DNA of 64,000 nt, taken from the NCBI GenBank assembly GCA_963755715.1, contig CAVWLW010000030.1, positions 1-64,000 of the forward strand, given 5' to 3'. The position numbers were made by a program, and so were the translations under genes. The notes beneath the pieces are model-generated. The model ran no database searches. It worked only from the letters and a program-made list of their open reading frames with translations, and was not told the DNA's origin. Of this stretch, positions 1 through 10,951 are shown in pieces. The DNA comes from an uncultured delta proteobacterium. GTDB lineage: Bacteria; Desulfobacterota; Binatia; UBA9968. The first letter of the stretch is position 1. Every line of letters starts with the position of its first letter.

Positions 1-973
1 TGCGCCCCATGAACCCCAAACACCTAACTGTACCGCCTCCGTTGCTATTACATCGGCACCTTCGCCGATGAAGCGGAAATGCAAGCGATTTGCTATCTGA
101 GGCGAAGAGCGTTTCAAAGCTGACAAGGCTTGAAGAAAAGTATCAAAACGATAATCGGATCACTGTCCCTGTATATAGAAGCTCGCATCTCTCACTTTTG
201 ATCGGCGTCACGAATTCATCGATCGTTGCCTTCGTAGCCGTTTGGAATGATATAGACTTTCGAAGCGTCCACAGCTCCTTTATACGCACGCCAGTAACAT
301 TCCGCCTCGGTATAAAATCGAAAAACGAGGGAGTGCGCTTTTTCGAGCAATCTATACATCCGGCGGTATTCGCGGTGTTGCGCCCAGTTCGGCCGTCTGT
401 CTTCGAATTCGTTGTACGTAATGGTCCACGCGTCACGGAAGTCGAGCACGTAAGGTATGCCCCGTACTTTCAGAAAGTTTTTGAGCAACAACAAACGATG
501 ACACCGGCCCTGCTGTGGCCCAGAAGACGTTCGGCCGTTCCACGGCACAATGTTTCAGCGCCGCATTTACAGCCGGCCGGATCCAGCCCATATCCGGGTC
601 CGGATGATAACACCAGGTCTCCGCAGCTCGCACCAGCCCTCTGAGTGAGGAACGAATCGGAGCTTGGTGTGCCGCGCGGAGATGGGAAACTGTTTCCGCA
701 GGCAATTTCGCAACTCTTTGCTGAAAATGCTTGCCGCGCCATTGCTGGAATGCTTTCCATGGATCACGATTTCGGACGCGAATGACAGTTATTTGCAGGA
801 GGAACCGAATTCAAAAGTTTAGAGTCGTATCTCTCATAAAAGTCCGTCGCGAGAGTGATAACAGTCGGCTGCCACCCTTTCGACGGAAGTTGTCTAACGA
901 ACCGGAGTGGCCGGTGCGCGCCTGCATTTCCCTCCGGCGGGAAATGATAGGCAATCATCACAACCGATTTCAT
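1..973 (-). CDS. GT4-family glycosyltransferase, several frameshifts, runs off the window start
   Basis: Pieces 764-973 (MIAYHFPPEGNAGAHRPLRFVRQLP..GWQPTVIT), 433-705 (YHPDPDMGWIRPA..WATAGPVSS) and 216-548 (VLDFRDAW..IIPNGYE) are consecutive segments of a GT-B/GT4 protein in different frames. Confidence 0.8.
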
Positions 974-1079
974 TGCAGGTTAAAGCTTTTAGGAAGAAGA
1001 CAGCCGTTTTTTAAAGCTTACGAGAGATGGCGATAAATCGCGCAACGCAAGCACACCGACTTGAGACGCAATTTCAGAC

Positions 1080-2257
1080 TCACGCCGTCTGCAAAATTTC
1101 TTTTTCGCTCGGGACTAAAATCTCGGCGAAAAGCGCTTCGTAGGCCGAGCCTGTGTACTCGACCCTAAAACGCTCTCGCAAAGTGGCGTGACCGTTCTCC
1201 GCAAGCTGGTGCCGCAAATCTGAATCTTTGAGCACGGTGACTAGCGCCTCCGCTAGAGCATTGTCGTCATTCGGCCTCACTAGAATTCCATTCCTTCGGT
1301 TCTCGATAATTTCAGGAATGCCCCCGGCCGTGGTTGCCACTATCGGCTTCTTGCAAGCCATGGCTTCAACCAGAACTATACCAAAGGGCTCGGATCGTGA
1401 AGGCAGTACGAAGACTTCACACGCATGTAGGAGATTCGCCACTTGGGTCCTTCCTTGTTGCCCAAGGAAGTCTACCTTGTCAGCGATTTTCAAAGAGGCG
1501 GCGATCTCTTCCAATCCTGATCGCAATGGGCCATCTCCCGCAAGCACGAGCCGGAGCTCGGGGTCGCGGTCTCGTACGAGCGCAAAGGCACGCAGCAGCA
1601 CATCGATTCCCTTCTTCTCGTTGTGCATCGCCACACACAAGATATACGGAGATTGATTGCTGCCAGCGGAATCTCGCGAGACATTTTCAAACTCCTCGAG
1701 ATCGACGCCGTTGTGTATGCAGACCAGTTTTCTTCTCAGTCCCGGGAATACACCGGCTACATCTTCGCCGTAAGCGTTCGATGGCGCCACAATGCGGTCG
1801 GAGGAGTTGAGCAGCATTTTTATGGTTTTTGGATAGGCGGTCCTTTCCCTTCCGCCAGGAAACAAGTCGGCGCCATGGACGGAAGTAACCAATGTAATGG
1901 GCAGGAGTTTGCGACACAGGGCGAAGTAGAATAAACACTCCGCGGGATAATGGACGTTTACGACTTCAATGCGGTCTTGTGTATGAATCGAATCAGCTGA
2001 AACAATGCGACGGGAAAGCGGAAAGAAAACAGCAGCAAGCTGATGATCGGATGGCGCTCGCCAAAGGGCACTTGTAGATTAAGACTGAAGCCGGTAAATC
2101 CCCATTGAGTCGTCTTTTTCTTTAGCCATAGCGTTGTTCCTGAATGGAAAAATATGACTTGATGGCCGTGCTTCTGTAATTCTCGAGCAAGATTGCCAAC
2201 CAGATAGGGCACGCCGCCGATTGTTTCGTCTGCGGAAGTTACGATCAATACTCTCAC
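1080..2257 (-). CDS. GT4-family glycosyltransferase (frameshift near 1900-1975)
   Basis: N-terminal piece 1958-2257 (MRVLIVTS..GG..GHQV) plus 1080-1892 carrying KGIDVLL and PSRSEPFGIVLVEAMAC (EX7E motif). Confidence 0.88.
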
Positions 2258-2271
2258 GGCGGCTCAATTGC

Positions 2272-3293
2272 CTAGTGCAAAGCATCGCTATGCTTGGCCG
2301 ACGGCGGTCTCTTTTCTATCCATGTCCGCAAACGGCGGAGCTGCCGAACCAGAGGACGCGGTAAGCCGAGCTTGGCAAGCCTTCCCGTGCCCTTCCAGTG
2401 GTCCTTTTCGGAGACGACACGGTAATCGCGCAGATCCGCCAAGATCTCCTTCTTGGCTACCTCCGAGATGCAATCGGCTTGCAACACCAGTTTCGTAGCT
2501 GTATCGACCAAAGACCGTGTCTGCCGCTGCATGTCGTGGATCTTCTGGTTCCGATGCTCTCGAAACATGCCAAAGGGAATATCCGTGTATTGGAATTTAG
2601 CCCCCGCAAGAAATAGTTTTCCCCCACAGTTCGTAATCCATTGTGAAATGGTTGTCGGTGTTGAGTCCACCAACCGAAAGCGCCAGCTCCCGCGGAAACA
2701 AAACCTCCGGCTGGACAATATGGCCTGATGACCTCCTAACGCCAAACCGTTCTGATCCGCACGAGATCCTCCAGCGAATGCACGTCACCCTGATGCGATG
2801 AAAGAACTCTTCCTGTCGCATCGATATAGATGCAGAATGCCGACATAGACGGTGCCAGGAGTAACTCCGTAGCGGGACATGTGATCAATCAGAGCATTCT
2901 TGCAAAGCATATCGTCGCTATTAATCCATGTGCGACAAAATCGCCGGATGCTCTCTTCAATCCGCGATTGATGGCATCGCTTTGTCCAGAATCGGGTTCG
3001 CTGACCCAATAAGTGAGCCAAGTCGAATATTTTTTAATGATCTCGACGGAATTATCGGTGCTGCCGCCGTCGAGGATTAGATATTCGAGGTTTGGGTAGC
3101 CCTGCAAGAGAACGGAACGGATGGTTTCCTCGATAAATTCGCCTTGGTTGAACGATGGAGTGATCACACTTATGCGCGGCCAAGGATGACCCTCATATCG
3201 TAAGACAGGCAAACGCCTGCTTTCCTCTGTCCAAGGCCAGCCGGTCTTACCGGAAGGCGCCCTGGGTAGCTCGCTCAATTGCGGACACTGCAA
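2272..3293 (-). CDS. GT2-family glycosyltransferase (frameshifted)
   Basis: ISVITPSFNQG..LDGGSTDNS in 2889-3293; continues in other frames as WINSDD (DxD region), IVQP and DNHFTMDYELW. Confidence 0.85.
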
Positions 3294-3383
3294 CGTCTTA
3301 TCTCCAACTGCGTTTCGCGTATGAAGGATCGTAGAAGATCGATCGAATCGAGTTAGTAAGAGGACAGGCTCATTGTCACAGGC

Positions 3384-4172
3384 CTATATGAAACGTTCGA
3401 GATATTCCGGAATGTAGTTCCTCTTTTTGTTCAAAACGACGCCGAGAATATTGACGCCCGCCGATTCGAGCTCTTTGCGGATCTTTCGAACCACCTCGGT
3501 TTTCGTTCGTTCGGCTTCCACGACCAAGATGACCCCGTCCACCTTATCCGCGAGAAAAGCCGAATCGGAATAGTCCCTCAACGGCGAACCATCGAAAATC
3601 ACGAAGTCGAACTTTTCCCGCAGCGTAGACAGCATTTCACTGATCGGCGCGTTGTCGAACACGTAAGAGGGAGATGGAACTGCCCTACCACAGGGCATGA
3701 AGAATAGATTCGCGATATCTGTGTCGTAAATCGTTTGATCCAGTGTGGCCTCGGATAAGACGCGATCTGAAAGTCCCGTGAGCTTATACGCCTGGCCCGG
3801 TTCGAATACCTGCTCTAAAGCCGGCGTTCTTAGGTTTGCATCTATAAGTAAGATTTTCGCGTTGCCCGATCTGGCGAGAGTTGAAGCCAATATCGCGGCT
3901 GTCGTGGTTCCTCCTTCGCCGTGATCCGTGGCCGCCACCATGACCACTTTGACAGCAGCGCGCTTGGAATTCGGCAGGAGATGAAGGCGAAGTTTCTGAT
4001 ATTGTTCTTCGACATACGGATCCAGATCAAAATCGATTTTAATCGGCCGCCTTTTATCCTTGAAAACACTGAGGGCGCTAAAATTGACGCCGCGGCTTTT
4101 CTGGTTGGCTCGGCGTTTTTGCGCATTCGCCGCCGTTTCTGCTTTTATCAAGGCATCGAATCTTCGGCTCAC
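3384..4172 (-). CDS. CpsD/CapB-family (BY-kinase-like) protein with degenerate Walker A
   Basis: GEGGTTT P-loop, LLIDANLRTP (Walker A'), FDFVIFDGSP (Walker B), GVVLN; adjacent to Wzz/Wza. Confidence 0.88.
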   Translation of the reverse strand: MSRRFDALIKAETAANAQKRRANQKSRGVNFSALSVFKDKRRPIKIDFDLDPYVEEQYQKLRLHLLPNSKRAAVKVVMVAATDHGEGGTTTAAILASTLARSGNAKILLIDANLRTPALEQVFEPGQAYKLTGLSDRVLSEATLDQTIYDTDIANLFFMPCGRAVPSPSYVFDNAPISEMLSTLREKFDFVIFDGSPLRDYSDSAFLADKVDGVILVVEAERTKTEVVRKIRKELESAGVNILGVVLNKKRNYIPEYLERFI

Positions 4173-4206
4173 GGTAAACCCCTCCCGATGTTAAATGTTT
4201 CTTGCG

Positions 4207-5733
4207 CTATTTCACTGGGACAGGACGTAGATCGCCATAATATTGAATCGTCGCCAAAACCGGCAATCCAAGTTGTTCTTCTATATCCGCTTCGTTTCTA
4301 ACTGTTCGATTGAAAAATTCGATTCCGAAAGCGGCCGCGATAGCGGCTCCCGCAGCGCCAATCAAAGCGACGATTAACAGCATCATGAAGCGCTTTCCCG
4401 CTTTCTTGAGCGGTAGAGTCGCTTTCTCCAAGATATAGGCATTACTGAATTTCCGCTCATCCATGGCGTCGGAAATTCGCGCCTCTTCGGCTTTCTGCTT
4501 ATAAAGCTTGAGACTGTCCCTCTTGCTAGTCACCTCGCGCAAGAGCCGGTCATACTCGTAACCTTTTCTCTGTTTGTCGGCCGCTCCCGTCGAATAGGCC
4601 TGACACTTGCTGCGTCAGTACTGCTTTCTTTTCGTTTAGGCCTTTGAGCTGCACCCGGGCTCCTAGAAGCTCGTTTAGAATTCTTCGGTGCACCTCATTG
4701 AGGCTGACATTTTCCGAGCCGACCGAGGTTTGCTTAACGGTTTCTAACTGCTTTTTCAGCTGGTCGATTTCTTTCTCTTTGTCTTTGACCGTGCGGTCCT
4801 CAGGCGTATATCGCTGCAGCAGGCCGTCTCGCTCTAGTTGGAGCTGGGTGATCTTAGTTTGGATCTGCTGATAAACAGGGTTGACGGTTATGTTGGTATT
4901 GGAAGAGATTGTTGCCTTTTGTTGCTTGAGCTGGTCGTCGAGAACCGCAATCCTTTGTTCAGTCTCGCGAATTAAAGAATTCGTCTCGTTTAAAGTCTTT
5001 TGAAACGATGCTAACGCGCCGAGGTCCGCGTTGACTTCCTGGGGAGCATCGATAATGTTTTCCTTTTGTTGAAACTCTTTGAGCGCGTCCTCCGCCTTGG
5101 TCAACTGATCGAGCAACTTTTTTTCCTGTTCGTCGTAAAACTGCTCGACGCCTTGAGTCTTGTGAACCTTGACATGCTCTTCCAAGTAAAGTTCGGCGGC
5201 TCGGTTGACCGCCTGGGCCGTCCAGTCCTGCGCGTAATCGCTCGTGAGACTGATCTCGATTACATTCGATTTTCCGCAGGCGTCGCAACCAGCATGGCTT
5301 TCATCAAGCGCCCATCTTGCACGATGGCTCTCTCACTCAGATTCGGCGGTGTTTTTCCGTTCAGCCTGTATGGAAATGGCACATCCTTAACCACGCGCTC
5401 GGCAACCTGCGGGCTCTTGATGATCTGCACCTCCGTGTTGAGCATCTCTGGGGAGGGCAACATACTGCTGAAGCCATCATCGCCGCCTCGTGCGCTCGGT
5501 GAGACATTGAGAAAGGCGCGACTCGGCTTGATCAGGACTTTGGATACCGCAGTGTACTCCGTCGGCCTAGACAACAGGTAAAGAACCATTGGCACGATCA
5601 GCAGGAGAAAAATGTTGCGAATTAATTTCTTGTGCTTGAATATTACATAAAGAATCCGCCTCGGGGGGTTCTCATATTTTTGTGGCGCTTCTAAGAGCGG
5701 GATTTCTTTACCGTCAATCTGCAACCAATCCAT
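4207..5733 (-). CDS. Polysaccharide chain-length determinant / co-polymerase, Wzz/GumC family (frameshifted)
   Basis: N-terminal TM with YTAVSKVLIK and TEVQIIKSPQVAERVV (5260-5733), coiled coil (4550-5185), C-terminal TM and EEQLGLPVLATI (4207-4542). Confidence 0.87.
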
Positions 5734-5780
5734 GAAGGCGTCCTTTCTCGAAAGGTGAAGAAGAAATTTGGATCGCCAGA

Positions 5781-6530
5781 TTATCGAACACCGGCAGCAA
5801 ATCCTCCCGCGCTGAACAGCCCCGTTGGCATGATGTCATTCAAATGCTGCTTGACCCACAAATCGGCTCTGCCGATGCCCGACATCGGAACATACAAAAC
5901 GTCATTGGTGACAAGATTGATCTTTTCCGCCGATCCACTTTCCAATCCGTCATTGACGTTGATGCGCCCGATAATAGGGTCTGGCCCCCCTGCGTTACGA
6001 ATCAAAACTACACTGTCCATCTGGGCCTCGGTAGTAAAGCCACCGCGCTCGAAGATCGCCTGAATCGGAGTTATCTCCCCTTGGAACTGAACGATTCCAG
6101 GTGTCCTCACCTGTCCCCCGACAAATATTCGTCTTGGCGCAAATTGCGTTACGGTCACCACTACCTCAGGGTTCCTGAGGCGCGTCGAAGTCTTAGCAAC
6201 AATCTCTTTACTCAGTTCGTCCGGAGTCAAGCCAGCTGCGCGCAGCGAGCCCACGCCATCCAAACTGATTTGCCCATCTGGACGTATAGAAATGGCTGCT
6301 TTGGGATCTTGCTCAGGATGAAAAGGAAACCGAATGGCGATCAAGTCATAGGGCACCATTTTGTAGGTTTGCTCATAAGGCTGCTGTTGAATAGGCCTAC
6401 CGGCAAGCTGTTCTGGCTTCAATTCAGGAATGTGCTCGACCGGGTTGGAGCAACCGATTAGCAGAGGCAGCGCCGCCAGCACTGTAGCCAACCAACTTCC
6501 TAAACTAGATTTGGTTCGAATCGTTTCCAT
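5781..6530 (-). CDS. wza: Polysaccharide export lipoprotein (Wza/OPX family)
   Basis: Lipobox LLIGC; Poly_export motif IRPDGQISL..G.LRAAGLT; SLBB domain IFVGGQVRTPG. Confidence 0.9.
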   Translation of the reverse strand: METIRTKSSLGSWLATVLAALPLLIGCSNPVEHIPELKPEQLAGRPIQQQPYEQTYKMVPYDLIAIRFPFHPEQDPKAAISIRPDGQISLDGVGSLRAAGLTPDELSKEIVAKTSTRLRNPEVVVTVTQFAPRRIFVGGQVRTPGIVQFQGEITPIQAIFERGGFTTEAQMDSVVLIRNAGGPDPIIGRINVNDGLESGSAEKINLVTNDVLYVPMSGIGRADLWVKQHLNDIMPTGLFSAGGFAAGVR

Positions 6531-6730
6531 TTGCTTCTACCTTTCCGTTTTAAATTGAATTTCATTAAATAAAATTTAAGGCAAAATTGAAAACGAATTA
6601 GTCAGCGTTATTAAAAGGACTCTGCAGAAAATATAGCTCCGCCCATCAGGGTCCACCCGCTTCGAAAAAATAAAAATGCCATGCGCACCAAGCTCCGTCA
6701 GCACTACGCTGACGCAAACCCGATCCTATG

Positions 6731-7266
6731 TCAGCCGCAGCCTACCGGAGCCCAAGCAGTTCGTCCGCCCTTGATGAATTCCACGCCGAATTTTATGCTG
6801 ATCTGTCGGCTCAAGAGCTTCAAAAGAATCTTAACCCGACCCCTGTTATCCGGCGGCGCCTGAATGATTCCCATCAAACCGTCGAATGGTCCACCGGAGA
6901 TCTCGACCTCTTGACCACACGTCAACTTTGATTGCGCTCGGATTATCCCTTTTTCATCCGCCTGTTGTTGAAGAAAATAAATAACGCTCTCATCAATAGG
7001 GATCGGCTCAGCACCGAAGCTCACAATCTTTTTGACCCCAGGAGTCCACACAATACGGTGACATTCAGTTTCCACGTGGATGCGAACAAATAAATAATTG
7101 GGGAAAAGCGGCCAAATCCGGCCTCTATTTTCGCCGCCGCTGGGATATGCAGTTTCGGAAAAAACGATTTCACCCCTTTCAAAGCGAGATGAAATTGTGC
7201 TTGCTCTTCTTTGTGCGGGTTGCTGTAAACTACGTACCAATCACGTTGCAAATTTTCCACGACCAT
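6731..7266 (-). CDS. NusG-paralog transcription antiterminator (RfaH/UpxY/LoaP-like), one frameshift near 7150
   Basis: WYVVYSNPHKEEQA (NGN N-terminus, 7021-7266 frame), then PLFPNYLFV, TPGVKKIVSFG and KOW motif GQEVEISGGPFDGLMG; first gene of the EPS operon. Confidence 0.9.
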
Positions 7267-7282
7267 ATCCCCGTAATTATCA

Positions 7283-7297
7283 GCAAGCTATATGCCA
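7283..7297 (-). promoter_or_regulatory. sigma54 -24/-12 promoter of the EPS operon
   Basis: Minus strand TGGCAT-ATAGC-TTGC(T), just upstream of the nusG-paralog start. Confidence 0.75.
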
Positions 7298-8777
7298 TGT
7301 CCCGAAGTACAGACTATGTCATGTAGAATCAAGAAAAAGACCTCTATGACAAAGCAATTCTTTTTGCAAGTGTAGCTTAATCACCTACAGTCGGATCCCA
7401 TGAACGTATCCCTTTTGAATACAAATTAGATTCAGAATTTTACACGGCGTGCTTATTCTGACCCGCCAATTATGGCCGATCAGCCAGTATTGTCATTTCA
7501 AACTTTGCTTTAGACGTTGTTTATCACTCCAGGTATAACTACTCAATACACTCAATTTTACGTTTCAATTAAATCAGCAATAAAAAATGCCAAACGTCAA
7601 AAAGTTTTCCCCGGCGATACTATCCGAGATCTTTTTTGATTTTTCTTTCTGCACAACCTAGGCCATTAAACTGTTCGCAACCTAAAGGCCATTGAAATAT
7701 TTTGCGTACCTCACGTTTAACTTCGAAGCGATGACTCTGTAAAATCTTCTTACAAATAGGAGGAGACATTAAAAGTTTCAAAAAAATGAATTAGTTTCGC
7801 TATTTGCCAGACGAGCGATTGTAACTTTGTTTTACACAAATTCGGGATTGCAAGACATTTGAGTTTCAGTAACACCGACGAAATTGAGTCTTGCGATAAA
7901 AGTCAGGGAGGTGCGATGCGCTCGCGCAAGTAAGTAGGGCGTTCGCCTACATTGCCTGTAGGAACTATCCGGCGTTTTTTCTTGGGAAATTTTGCGAATA
8001 TTATTTTTACCCAGACAATCGCAAACTCCAAATTTGCATATCGATTGCGCTTTAATCGGTGGCGCGGCCCATTGCTGGCGCAGCGCCGAGCGACCTATGA
8101 TCAGGCAATGCCAGGGAGCTTCAACGCCTAGCCCCGATATTTTGCTACTGCAAAGTCGTTCGGCAAGATTGTTCACTGCGCGCTGCACGACAACACTCAA
8201 TGTCTGGTCCCGCGGTCTGCGAACATCGTTATGATTTGTGCGGAAGTTCGGGGCGAACCGCGGTTCGTAGAAAGAGAGCGACTTAGTTCTCACGGGCTCG
8301 TGCACCAACACCGGCGCATCGTTTAGTCCATTCTGCATTCTCCTTTTGGTCCGTGCGTATATCGTGCATCGTGTGCGGAATAAAGTGTCAGGCCACAGAC
8401 GTAACGAACCGCTCCTCGGAGTTACACCAAATAATTTTGTTAAAGGCTTAAATTATATCGTGTAGCATATAAATTAGCTGCCTTCAAGGTAATTATTAGG
8501 AAGAAAACATAATTTTACTGGAAACTGGGTTAATTTCATTGTCATTTTAGCCAAATCTGACATTCAAAAGACAATTCTGACAAATCAGGCGGGAGATTTT
8601 TAAAAAAGAGTTACGACGAGAAAGTCGCCGGTCCGTGCGCGGCTAATCAAGCTGGAACTCTATCCCGCCGCGCCGGGCCCGTCGAAGGTTGGCAATATGG
8701 TTTCCGCGATTGGCAGATAAAAAACTGCCGACAGCTGATCGATCAGAGAAAAACTAAGTCGCGACGTCTCGCTGGCA

Positions 8778-9896
8778 TTGATTGCGATGCCTCGGTGCGA
8801 GGTCTGGATTCACGCTGGTGAAATCTTTGATCGCTTTGAAAATAACTTCGCAGTATCTCTGGCGCGCATGGTGTATATTTTTTGCGCTTTAATGTGGCTT
8901 AGGCTATATTCCTGCACTGTCGCAACAGTGCAGATCTCCCCGTTAATAATTGGTGTTTTATTCTTCCTTTCATCGCCCTCACTGGTTGGGGGCGAAATCA
9001 TCACGAGCGCCGACCAGCTTGAGGCCAGTGGTGTTAATTTCACCTGGTCCGACGTCAAGACCAAGACCGTTAAGATATTGCTCGAATACCAAGAGCCGGA
9101 CGGGAAATGGCGTCGCGCCAGCCTCGGCTCGGGCTTTGTCATTTCTCCGGATGGACTGTTTTTGACGGCTTATCACGTGATGAAGTTTTGTCTCGATAAA
9201 GTCAGGGCCAACCATGGATTATCCGTTAATCTCGACTGTTCGACAGCACAGAAGCCGCGCTATAAAGCGCTCGCGGGCGAGCGCGAGTTTGATATCCAAA
9301 TCATTTCTCACCTCAGTGAAACGGATTCTACCCACGGCAAAGAGATGCACACGCCCGATGAAATCATTAAGCAGCGCGACTTCGTCGTCGGCAGGCTCAA
9401 AAGCGGCGCGCCGACTCAGTTCGATTATTGGCAATTGCGTGACTTCGACGAAACCGCCATCGATCTCAGCCAAGCACGTGCCGATTTTCAGTTGACACCG
9501 TTGATGCCGCCCAAGCGAGTTTTTATCGTTGGCTTCCCCAAAGGCCGTGATTTCGTGATCTCTGAGGGTTTTTTGAATTTGACGGAAAAAAATCGGCGCG
9601 GCTATTTTGCCGCCAATTATAAAGTCTACACGGCGGCCTATCTCGAAAGCCAAGGTGTGGCCGCTGACACCCAGTGGGGCATGAACGTGGAAAATCACAT
9701 GAGCGGCGGACCGGTCGTTGACTCCTCAGGTTACGTCGTGGGCTTGGTCGTGAACGGGAATCGCGAAACGGCCGGCGTCGTGTCGATCGAGAATGTATTG
9801 GCGACTTTTTTTTCCCGAGCCGGCGGATCGACGGAATATCCCGCCCTGCTATTGAGACCCACCAAAACCCCTTTATATTTGAGAAACAGGCGTTAA
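8778..9896 (+). CDS. Trypsin-like (S1) serine protease, probably secreted; true start likely further downstream (~8890-8930)
   Basis: GSGFVISPDGLFLTAYHV (His), RDFVVG (Asp), ENHMSGGPV (Ser); hydrophobic N-terminus; no PDZ domain. Confidence 0.8.
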   Translation: MIAMPRCEVWIHAGEIFDRFENNFAVSLARMVYIFCALMWLRLYSCTVATVQISPLIIGVLFFLSSPSLVGGEIITSADQLEASGVNFTWSDVKTKTVKILLEYQEPDGKWRRASLGSGFVISPDGLFLTAYHVMKFCLDKVRANHGLSVNLDCSTAQKPRYKALAGEREFDIQIISHLSETDSTHGKEMHTPDEIIKQRDFVVGRLKSGAPTQFDYWQLRDFDETAIDLSQARADFQLTPLMPPKRVFIVGFPKGRDFVISEGFLNLTEKNRRGYFAANYKVYTAAYLESQGVAADTQWGMNVENHMSGGPVVDSSGYVVGLVVNGNRETAGVVSIENVLATFFSRAGGSTEYPALLLRPTKTPLYLRNRR

Positions 9897-9998
9897 TTGC
9901 TTGCGCAAACAGGTGGCTCGGGCGTCCTTGTCCGTGATATGCGCCAATCGGACCCTGACGAGCCGCGCCGCAATTGCGCGCTATCAATCCGGGTTATT

Positions 9999-10304
9999 TT
10001 AACCGACCACCGTGGGAAGCCAGCGACGGCTCAGCACATCCGCCAACGTCAATGACAAAAGAATCATCAGCCAGAAAAATCCAGCGCCAACAAAAACCCA
10101 GGTGAGGCGGCTGCTGTAGCGCACATGCATGAAAAAGAGTATCACCAGCAACGCCTTGCAGGCCGCGATCAGCATGGCCACAACCGTGTTTAGATTACCG
10201 CCGAGATCGATGAAGGCGGCCCCGGCCGTGGCCAAAGTCATCACCAATAAAGCGCCAAAAATGGCCGAATATAGTTTTACGGAAACGACGTGATCGGAAT
10301 TCAT
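9999..10304 (-). CDS. ctaF: Cytochrome c oxidase subunit IV
   Basis: Three TM helices, KALLVILFFMHVR motif; last gene of the cox cluster. Confidence 0.9.
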   Translation of the reverse strand: MNSDHVVSVKLYSAIFGALLVMTLATAGAAFIDLGGNLNTVVAMLIAACKALLVILFFMHVRYSSRLTWVFVGAGFFWLMILLSLTLADVLSRRWLPTVVG

Positions 10305-10951
10305 TGTAAATGCCTACCCACCAGATAAAGCAACGGAAACAGGAATATCCACACGATATCGACGAAATGCCAATAGAGCCCTACCAACTCGACCGGCGTG
10401 TTGTAGACCGAGGAAAAGCGTCCGCGACCGGCCTTGACGATCAAAGCAGTCAGCAGAGCCAATCCGATAATCATATGCAGCGCATGCATCCCGGTCATGG
10501 CAAAGTAGAAGGAAAAAAAGATTTCTGCCGCGCGCCCTAAGGGTCCGGCGTAGCTAAAATTGCTGCCGGGCACGAGGTGCTCCTCGATTTTGGCGTAATA
10601 CTCCGTGAATTTGATGCCGAGAAACAACGCGCCGAGCACGAGAGTCAAGATTAGGAACAGCACGAGCGGTTTACGCGCGCCGAGCTGCGCGCTGCGCACT
10701 GCCAGCGCCATGGTAAAGCTGCTGCCTATCAGCACCGCCGTATTGATGGTGCCGAGCCAGATGTCGAGATGATTGCTGGCGTCGGCGAAAGCTTCCGGAT
10801 ACGTGGAACGGTAGATTGTGTACCCTAAAAACATGCCGCCGAAGAACATCACCTCCGTCGCCAGAAAAACCCACATGCCGAGCCACGAAGCTTCGTGCTG
10901 CTGCTCGGCGTCGTCGAATTGATGGGCGTGAACGATGCTTGAATCAGACAT
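10301..10951 (-). CDS. ctaE: Cytochrome c oxidase subunit III
   Basis: [35 protein letters not shown]; ATG at 10951. Confidence 0.93.
   Translation of the reverse strand: MSDSSIVHAHQFDDAEQQHEASWLGMWVFLATEVMFFGGMFLGYTIYRSTYPEAFADASNHLDIWLGTINTAVLIGSSFTMALAVRSAQLGARKPLVLFLILTLVLGALFLGIKFTEYYAKIEEHLVPGSNFSYAGPLGRAAEIFFSFYFAMTGMHALHMIIGLALLTALIVKAGRGRFSSVYNTPVELVGLYWHFVDIVWIFLFPLLYLVGRHLQ

Noticed and set aside
8034-8076. sigma54-like strings TTGCATATCGATTGC and TGGCGCGGCCCATTGC
   Set aside because: The first lacks the -24 GG, the second has the wrong spacing, and no gene follows closely.
7832-8338. 168-aa minus-strand ORF in the large intergenic region
   Set aside because: No recognisable motif, atypical composition, and the SD-like sequence is only ~1 nt from the ATG.
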